In this document: one piece after another, positions 9,020 to 15,058 of the stretch
Layout: each line of letters begins with the position of its first letter
How positions within the stretch are numbered: position 1 is the first letter of the stretch
Assembly (NCBI GenBank): GCA_015075185.1
Contig: JABTUW010000004.1
Location: forward strand, 1,144,761 to 1,208,760
Direction: 5' to 3'
Source of the DNA: Anaerolineales bacterium
GTDB taxonomy: Bacteria > Chloroflexota > Anaerolineae > 4572-78 > J111
Length of the DNA: 64,000 nucleotides
Translations under genes and position numbers: made by a program
Notes under the pieces: generated by a model
The model's database searches: none
Told to the model about the DNA's origin: nothing
Seen by the model: the letters and a program-made list of their open reading frames with translations, nothing else

Positions 9020-9096
9020 CATTGACAATTAATCATTGACCGTTGATTATTGGCAATTGCCAACAGTCAATTGTCAACGGTTAATTGTCAATTTTT
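9020..9096. promoter_or_regulatory. AT-rich nested palindrome cluster upstream of the deaminase gene
   Basis: ATTGACAATTAA (9021-9032) pairs with TTAATTGTCAAT (9081-9092). TTGACCGTTGA pairs with TCAACGGTTA. The centre is the perfect palindrome TTGGCAATTGCCAA (9050-9063). Confidence 0.35.
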
Positions 9097-9115
9097 AATT
9101 ACTTGGAGGACACCT

Positions 9116-9556
9116 ATGGACGAATTCATGCAAGCCGCCATCGAAGAAGCCCGGCAAGGGCTGGTCGAGGGCGGCATCCCCATCGGCTCGGTGCTGGTCA
9201 TTGACGGCAAAATTGTTGGGCGGGGGCACAACCGCCGGGTTCAGAAAGGCAGCGCCATTTTGCATGCCGAGATGGACTGTCTGGAAAATGCCGGCCGGCT
9301 CACGGCCAAAGATTACCAGCGCGCCGTTTTGTATTCCACCCTCTCGCCGTGCGACATGTGCAGCGGCACGGCCCTGCTCTACAAAATCCCCAAAATTGTC
9401 ATCGGCGAGAATCGAACTTTTCAAGGGCCGGAAGATTATGTCCGCTCGCGGGGCGTGGAGCTGGTCATCTTGAATAACCAGGAATGCATCCAGTTGATGC
9501 GCGATTTCATCGCCGCCCGGCCGGAGTTGTGGAACGAGGATATCGGGGAAGATTAG
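9116..9556 (+). CDS. Fcy1-like zinc cytosine deaminase (CDA fold)
   Basis: HAEMDCLENAG and SPCDMCSGT zinc motifs. The C-terminal RPELWNEDIGED closely recalls yeast Fcy1 (RPQDWFEDIGE). GGAGGA RBS lies before the ATG at 9116; the track ORF from 9050 is an N-terminal over-extension. Confidence 0.8.
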   Translation: MDEFMQAAIEEARQGLVEGGIPIGSVLVIDGKIVGRGHNRRVQKGSAILHAEMDCLENAGRLTAKDYQRAVLYSTLSPCDMCSGTALLYKIPKIVIGENRTFQGPEDYVRSRGVELVILNNQECIQLMRDFIAARPELWNEDIGED

Positions 9557-9662
9557 ACAACATTAAAGACTTGTGCATTTTGTAGCAAAACTTTGCATAC
9601 CGTAACTCTTGAGTAAAATAACAAGCCTGTGACTGCAAAATTTTGAATAGAATAGCAAGCTT

Positions 9663-11042
9663 GTGACCGCAAAAACTCAACCTTCCTGGCTTAGATTTAG
9701 TTTAATAGCAACCTTGACCGGCAGCCTGGGCTTCATCCTCTGGAAAACTCTACGGTATGGCTACCGTCTAGCCCGGCGGCCGGCGCTGGCCTCCCACCCC
9801 CTGCCTGCCGACATTGCCAAGCACCAAACGGTTGAGGCTAAAGCGCTGCTCATTGCTTCAGCCAACTTGCGGGCCGGGATCGAAAAACGCCGCCTCCCTG
9901 ACGCTCAGGAAAAATTGGTTTTGTGCGCCGGGCTGCGCAATTTCCGTGAACCGTGGGCGCGTGATCTGGGCTTTGCCAGTTTCGGCCTGGTCGAGTTGAA
10001 CGAATTTCAAGCTACCCGTGAGTCGCTGGAAGTTTTTTTGATCAACCAGCGGCCTTCCGGCCAATTTCCGGTCAAGGTTCATTCCACGACGGTGCTGGAT
10101 CGTTACCTGCACTCGCTGCTCAAGCGCGAGCAGCCGGTTGATGCGCCCCTTCGCCCCAAGTACATCACCGCCCATAATACGATTTCGCTGGATGGCAACG
10201 CCCTGTTGGTGATTGCTGTGCTTAACTATGCCGCACGCTCCGGCGACGCCGAATTTGGACGCCGCCATTGGCCGGCGCTCAAGCGAGCGATCGCCTGGCT
10301 GGAAACCCATGCCCTGGAAGCGGACGGACTGCTGCACCAGGCGCCCTTCACCGACTGGGCCGACAGCATCGCCCGGCAGGGGCGGGTCTTGTATACTAAC
10401 GTCGTCTATTGGAAAGCCCTGGCCGAATTAGCCCTGCTGGCTCCCCTCTGTGGAGAGTCGGCAGACCAGGGTTACTTTACCGCCAAAGCCAGGCAACTCA
10501 AGCAGGCCCTCAATGACCATTTCTGGCGTGAGAAGCTGGGCTACTTTGTCACCAATCACATTTTTGATAATTTGAGCAGCAGCGGCAATTTGCTGGCCAT
10601 CGCCTGGGGTTTGACCACCCCGGTCCAGGCTCACGCCATTTTGGACAACATGAGCCGCTTCAAAATGGCCGAGCCGGTCCCGACGCAGGTGGTGCATCGA
10701 GCTTATCCCAACAAATTTATCGCTTTGGAAAATCGCCTGGGAGGACTGGCCCATTATCACACCAGTGCGGCCTGGCTGTGGCTGGGGGCGTGGCACGTTA
10801 TTGCTCTGGCCCGCATGGAGCGCCTGGCGGAAGCAGAGGCGCTGCTTTATCGTATTTCAAAAGTTATTGTCCGGGATGGCGCTGTCCACGAAGTTTACGC
10901 CGCCGATGGACATTATCTATCAACCTTTTGGTACACCTCCGAAGTGCCGCTCACCTGGAGCGCCGGCATGGTCGTTCACGCCTACCAGGTGTATCAGCGG
11001 CATCTTCAGGGAATCCCCGTTAGCCCAAAACAAGCTTTATAA
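9663..11042 (+). CDS. Six-hairpin glycosidase-like protein (amylo-alpha-1,6-glucosidase / GDE_C-like), N-terminal membrane anchor
   Basis: 459 aa with a GTG start and one N-terminal TM helix. Motifs such as FREPWARDLGFA, TDWADS and LWLGAWH are typical of (alpha/alpha)6 GDE_C-like enzymes. The family call is tentative. Confidence 0.5.
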   Translation: MTAKTQPSWLRFSLIATLTGSLGFILWKTLRYGYRLARRPALASHPLPADIAKHQTVEAKALLIASANLRAGIEKRRLPDAQEKLVLCAGLRNFREPWARDLGFASFGLVELNEFQATRESLEVFLINQRPSGQFPVKVHSTTVLDRYLHSLLKREQPVDAPLRPKYITAHNTISLDGNALLVIAVLNYAARSGDAEFGRRHWPALKRAIAWLETHALEADGLLHQAPFTDWADSIARQGRVLYTNVVYWKALAELALLAPLCGESADQGYFTAKARQLKQALNDHFWREKLGYFVTNHIFDNLSSSGNLLAIAWGLTTPVQAHAILDNMSRFKMAEPVPTQVVHRAYPNKFIALENRLGGLAHYHTSAAWLWLGAWHVIALARMERLAEAEALLYRISKVIVRDGAVHEVYAADGHYLSTFWYTSEVPLTWSAGMVVHAYQVYQRHLQGIPVSPKQAL

Positions 11043-12680
11043 CCGCGTCTCCTCGACGGTCCACCCCATCTGTTCCAATGGGGAAGATCCGCTTTCGGCC
11101 ACGCGCGGATGAGGAATTTCAACCTCCAACAGCAGGCCGCTGCCCGCTTGATTTTGCAGTTTCAACCGCCCGCCGAGCAGAGTAACCCGCTCGCTGATAC
11201 CCAGCAGGCCGTAATGCCCGCTGGCCGACAGGTGGGCCAGGTCAAAGCGATGGTTGAGGCCCTGTCCATCATCGGCCAGAGCGATCAACAGCGTACGGGG
11301 CGAAGTGTGCTTCAAACAAATTTGAACGGTGCTGGCCTGGGCGTGTTTGCGGATATTGCTCAAGCCTTCCTGGACAATGCGAAAGATGGACAGTTCAGTC
11401 GGCTCCGGCAAACGGCCCAGGTTAGGGTCCAATTCCAGATTAACCGCTATGCCGGTCCGCTCGCTCCAATCACGGGTGTAGGAGCGCAGGGCCGCACCCA
11501 GGCCCAGGCTATCAATCGTGGGCGGGCGTAGATTGCCGCAAATCCGGCGTAAATCATCTACCAGCATTCTGATACTGTCCCGAATATCGGCAATTTCATC
11601 TTTTAGCGGCTCGGTCACGACCTCGTCGGCGCCTACATCTTCCAGGCGATAGTTGATAGAGAGTAAATCCTGAATGACCTGGTCGTGAATTTCGCGGGCC
11701 AGGTGCTTGCGTTCCTGCTCCCGTTCGGTCAGCAGGCGGCGCTGCGCGTCTTGCAAGGCCAGGTTGGCCCGGTCCAGGGCAGTCACCTGGGTGGCTAATT
11801 GGTCAATCAGTTGTTGGTTCATGTTATCTTGAGCGGCCAAATCTCGCTCCAGCAACTGCTGTTGATGGTAGAGGTACTCGGCCTGCTGCCTGGCCCGATA
11901 GTAACTATCCAAGGCCCAGATCGCCGGAGTGAGTTGCTGGCGGTCAGTGGTGCCGACCAGGGCCGCTACCACTTCTTCGCGGGTGACTTCGTCGGTGCGG
12001 TAATTAGCCACCCAATGACCCTGCCGCAGCACGATAATACGGTCGGTCACGGCAAAGAGGTGGTCCAGGCTGTTGCTGCAAAAGATGACTGCAATCCCCT
12101 GCTGCTGCCAGCTCTGGATCAACGACAGCAGTTTCTGCTGGTAAGAGTAGCTCAATAGGACGGTCGGCTCGTCAATGATGATGAGTTTGGCCGGGCGGGT
12201 CATAGTGCGGGCAATGGCAATCATCTGCCGTTTTTCACTCGACAAATTAGCTACCTTTTCATGCAGAGAGTTGAACGGCATATCCAACTGGCGCAGGATC
12301 TGCGCCGCCTCTTTATCCATCCAGCGGCGGTTGGGCACTTTCCACCAATGGACGACGTTCGGCCAGCCAATCTCGCTGCCCAGGAAGATATTGCTGGTAA
12401 TGTCGAGCTGGTCGGCCAGATCTGGCTTCTGGTGGATCACTTCAATGCCCAGGGCGCGGGCCGGGAACGGCCATTCTAACTGCTGGCCGGCAAAGTAGAT
12501 TTCGCCTTCGCTGGGAGCATACAGGCCGGCTAAGAGCATAGTCAGCACCGTTTTACCGGAACCGCTGCGTGCAGCCAGGCCGACTACTTCCCCCGGAGCA
12601 ATCTCAAAACTGACCTGCTGCACGGCCAGCAAGTTGCCAAAGTTTTTGGATAGATTGACGACCTTTAAGAGTGGATTCAT
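11037..12680 (-). CDS. Fusion protein: degenerate ABC nucleotide-binding domain, coiled coil, NarL-class histidine kinase (HisKA_3 + HATPase_c)
   Basis: 547 aa uninterrupted. NBD motifs: ARSGSGKT (Walker A-like), IIIDEPT (Walker B), LSSEKRQ in place of LSGGQ, and N in place of the H-loop His. Kinase motifs: H-box HLAREIHDQV, N-box EGLSNIRKHA, DDGQG, GLLGISERV. ATGA overlap with the upstream permease gene. Confidence 0.85.
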   Translation of the reverse strand: MNPLLKVVNLSKNFGNLLAVQQVSFEIAPGEVVGLAARSGSGKTVLTMLLAGLYAPSEGEIYFAGQQLEWPFPARALGIEVIHQKPDLADQLDITSNIFLGSEIGWPNVVHWWKVPNRRWMDKEAAQILRQLDMPFNSLHEKVANLSSEKRQMIAIARTMTRPAKLIIIDEPTVLLSYSYQQKLLSLIQSWQQQGIAVIFCSNSLDHLFAVTDRIIVLRQGHWVANYRTDEVTREEVVAALVGTTDRQQLTPAIWALDSYYRARQQAEYLYHQQQLLERDLAAQDNMNQQLIDQLATQVTALDRANLALQDAQRRLLTEREQERKHLAREIHDQVIQDLLSINYRLEDVGADEVVTEPLKDEIADIRDSIRMLVDDLRRICGNLRPPTIDSLGLGAALRSYTRDWSERTGIAVNLELDPNLGRLPEPTELSIFRIVQEGLSNIRKHAQASTVQICLKHTSPRTLLIALADDGQGLNHRFDLAHLSASGHYGLLGISERVTLLGGRLKLQNQAGSGLLLEVEIPHPRVAESGSSPLEQMGWTVEETRL

Positions 12681-13729
12681 TCCAAATTTTTACGGCGCTG
12701 CCAATAATCAAAGAGAATCGCCACGAGGATCATGGCCCCGATGGCTACGGCTTGCCAGTAAGCCGAAAAGCCCAATAAGACCAGGCCATTGCGCGTGATC
12801 TGCATCAGAACCGCTCCCAGGAGCACCCCCACTACGCTGCCCTGTCTGCCGAACAGGCTGGTTCCGCCGATGACGACGGCGGCAATCACATCAAGCTCAT
12901 AGCCTAACGCCGCCGTTGGAGCGGCTACCCCCAGCCGGGCGGTCATCAACAAACCTCCTACCGCAGCCAACAAGCCGCACAGCGTGTAAACCAATATTCT
13001 GATGCGGACCACATTGACCCCCGAAACCAGCAGGGCGCGCTCACTGCTCCCCAGGGTGTAGATATAACGCCCCAGGACGGTCTGGCCGAGCAGCAGGCTC
13101 ACCAAAACGGTCAAGCCTAACATAATCAGAACCGGCAGGGGAATGGCCCAGGTCCACACGGGCAGTTTATAAATACCCAGCATGCCAAAACCGGGAGGAA
13201 GGTCGCGGACCGGCCAGCCGCCGGTCAAGCCAAAGGCCAATCCGCGGGCAATACTCATCGTACCCAGGGTAATAATATAGGAGGGCAGTTTGACTCGTCC
13301 CACCAGGATACCGTTGACCCAGCCCGCAGCTCCCCCGGTTAGGAGGCCGGCGCTAATAGCCACGGGGACGGGCATGCCTGCCTGCAAACACAACGCACTG
13401 ATTAGCCCGGCGAGAGCCATCACCGCCCCCACCGACAGATCCTCCCCCCCAATGATAATGACCATACTTTCCCCAAACGCCGCAATCGCAATCCATGAAC
13501 AGGCACGGGCCACATTAAACAAATTATTGCTGGTCAAAAAGGTGCGGGTGTTCAGGCTTAAAAAGGCGCTCACCAGTAACAACAGGATCAAGACAGACAG
13601 ATACCGGTGTTCAACCAGCGTGCGCCGGTACCACCGGCCTACCCCACTGGCCCAGGCCAACCGCCGGCCGGGGGTTGATAAAGATGCCGCTTGCTCACTC
13701 ATCAGGTCCTCACCCCACCAGGTCATCAA
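12677..13729 (-). CDS. RbsC-like (BPD_transp_2) ABC permease paralog in the sensor operon
   Basis: 350-aa polytopic protein. Shares the verbatim run [35 protein letters not shown] with the permease at 19766-20779. A start at 13702 (ATG after GGTGAGGA) is at least as likely as 13729. Confidence 0.85.
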   Translation of the reverse strand: MMTWWGEDLMSEQAASLSTPGRRLAWASGVGRWYRRTLVEHRYLSVLILLLLVSAFLSLNTRTFLTSNNLFNVARACSWIAIAAFGESMVIIIGGEDLSVGAVMALAGLISALCLQAGMPVPVAISAGLLTGGAAGWVNGILVGRVKLPSYIITLGTMSIARGLAFGLTGGWPVRDLPPGFGMLGIYKLPVWTWAIPLPVLIMLGLTVLVSLLLGQTVLGRYIYTLGSSERALLVSGVNVVRIRILVYTLCGLLAAVGGLLMTARLGVAAPTAALGYELDVIAAVVIGGTSLFGRQGSVVGVLLGAVLMQITRNGLVLLGFSAYWQAVAIGAMILVAILFDYWQRRKNLE

Positions 13730-14765
13730 TTACCTGGCGCAATACCGTCGCATCCAGGTCCTTTTTATCCAGAAATGCTACGGCCCCGGCTTCCAGACCC
13801 CGCCGGTGAAATTCACGGTCAGGATAAGCGCTAATCAAAACGATCCGCGAGAGGGGCGATAAAGTTTTGATCCGGCGCGCGCAATGAATTCCATCCTCAT
13901 CGCCCAGGACGACATCCACCAGGACCAACTGCGGTGCAATCTGCTCGGCTAAATGAGTTGCTTCTCTTATATTCTCAGCCTCATAAATCATGGCCTGAGC
14001 GCACACCCTGCCAACCATCCGCCGCAATTGATTGCGATAACGAGCATTATCGTCTACCAAAAGCATGGTGATCTGTTCTGCCTCGAGGAAACGGTCAGCT
14101 ACCAGTTCGCTCCCAGCCTGCTGGCCGGATAAAGCCAACAGCTCGGGATGCTGGTTTACATAATTGGCGGCTTCCAGGCGGCTCTGCACATTGAGCTGCC
14201 GATAGAGGCGAGTCAGATGATTTTCCACAGTTTTAACGCTCAAGTTCATGCGCCGGGCGATGGCATGGTTGTCAAAGCCCTGCTGGAGCAGGTGCAGCAA
14301 ATCACGTTGGCGCGGGGTCAAGGAGAGAGCCAGGTGGGTAGGTGGGCCGCCCTGGACCAGTTTATCAACCAGGCGGCTGCTAATCCACTTTTCTCCCGCC
14401 AAAACCCGGCGAACTGCCAGGCGCAAATCGCTCAAGGGCTGGTCTTTGAGGTGATAACCGTCAACACCGGCGCTCAGTAATCCTTGCACGTAAACCCGGT
14501 CATCATAAGCGCTAACCACCAAAATCTTCATCACCGGGTACATCGTCCGAATCTGGCGAATGGCAGAAAACGGCTCAAAACTGGGCATAGTGACATCGAG
14601 GAGGAGGCAGTCAGGGTGAGCCTGAGCCAGCGCCGTAAAAAGGGTCGGGCCATCCGACACCTCGCCGACCACTTCCAGGTCGGGCAGCTCACGCAAGGCA
14701 TTGCGAATGCCAGCGCAAACAACGGCATGATCGTCTGCCAGCAGAACACGGGTCGTACTCATCAT
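13710..14765 (-). CDS. Response regulator with REC - LuxR/NarL HTH - REC architecture
   Basis: 351 aa. REC1 has VLLADDH...LLLDVTMP. The HTH is LTPRQRDLLHLLQQGFDNHAIARRMNLSVKTVENHLTRLYRQL. REC2 has MLLVDDN...LVLVDVVL...LISAY. Confidence 0.85.
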   Translation of the reverse strand: MMSTTRVLLADDHAVVCAGIRNALRELPDLEVVGEVSDGPTLFTALAQAHPDCLLLDVTMPSFEPFSAIRQIRTMYPVMKILVVSAYDDRVYVQGLLSAGVDGYHLKDQPLSDLRLAVRRVLAGEKWISSRLVDKLVQGGPPTHLALSLTPRQRDLLHLLQQGFDNHAIARRMNLSVKTVENHLTRLYRQLNVQSRLEAANYVNQHPELLALSGQQAGSELVADRFLEAEQITMLLVDDNARYRNQLRRMVGRVCAQAMIYEAENIREATHLAEQIAPQLVLVDVVLGDEDGIHCARRIKTLSPLSRIVLISAYPDREFHRRGLEAGAVAFLDKKDLDATVLRQVIDDLVG

Positions 14766-14847
14766 TCAAATTATACCACTATTAGCCCATCATGCCCATC
14801 CTCTCATTTGGATCGAAATAGGGGGATTTCCCCTATTGTTGGAGGGG

Positions 14848-14887
14848 AGTAAATTTACTGTAAATAGCACCCGGCTTGTGTTATAAT
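14848..14887 (+). promoter_or_regulatory. Candidate promoter of the binding-protein/transporter operon with an adjacent palindrome
   Basis: Extended -10 TGTTATAAT (14879-14887), weak -35 TGTAAA (14859-14864), and the perfect 12-bp palindrome AGTAAATTTACT (14848-14859) abutting the -35. A second hairpin AATAGGGG-gattt-CCCCTATT lies at 14817-14837. Confidence 0.4.
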
Positions 14888-15058
14888 AGATAACGATTGA
14901 TTCAAAGTAGAGGGAAACTATGCTGCCCCAAGTGATGGTTTCCATATTGCATTCCAAGGAGGTGATGCGTTCCCCACAGATGAACAATTATGCCCCACCC
15001 AGGCCATTCCTGGCCCAAATTTTATCCATAAACCATTTTAAAGGAGGACAAAATCAGC

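Noticed and set aside
9050-9115. N-terminal extensions offered by the ORF track (9050, 18112, 21418, 22917, 26739, 33024, 36710, 45658).
   Set aside because: The extensions cross palindromes or repeats, lack an RBS, or add residues not seen in the respective families. Internal starts with Shine-Dalgarno-like sequences were preferred. All start calls remain predictions.
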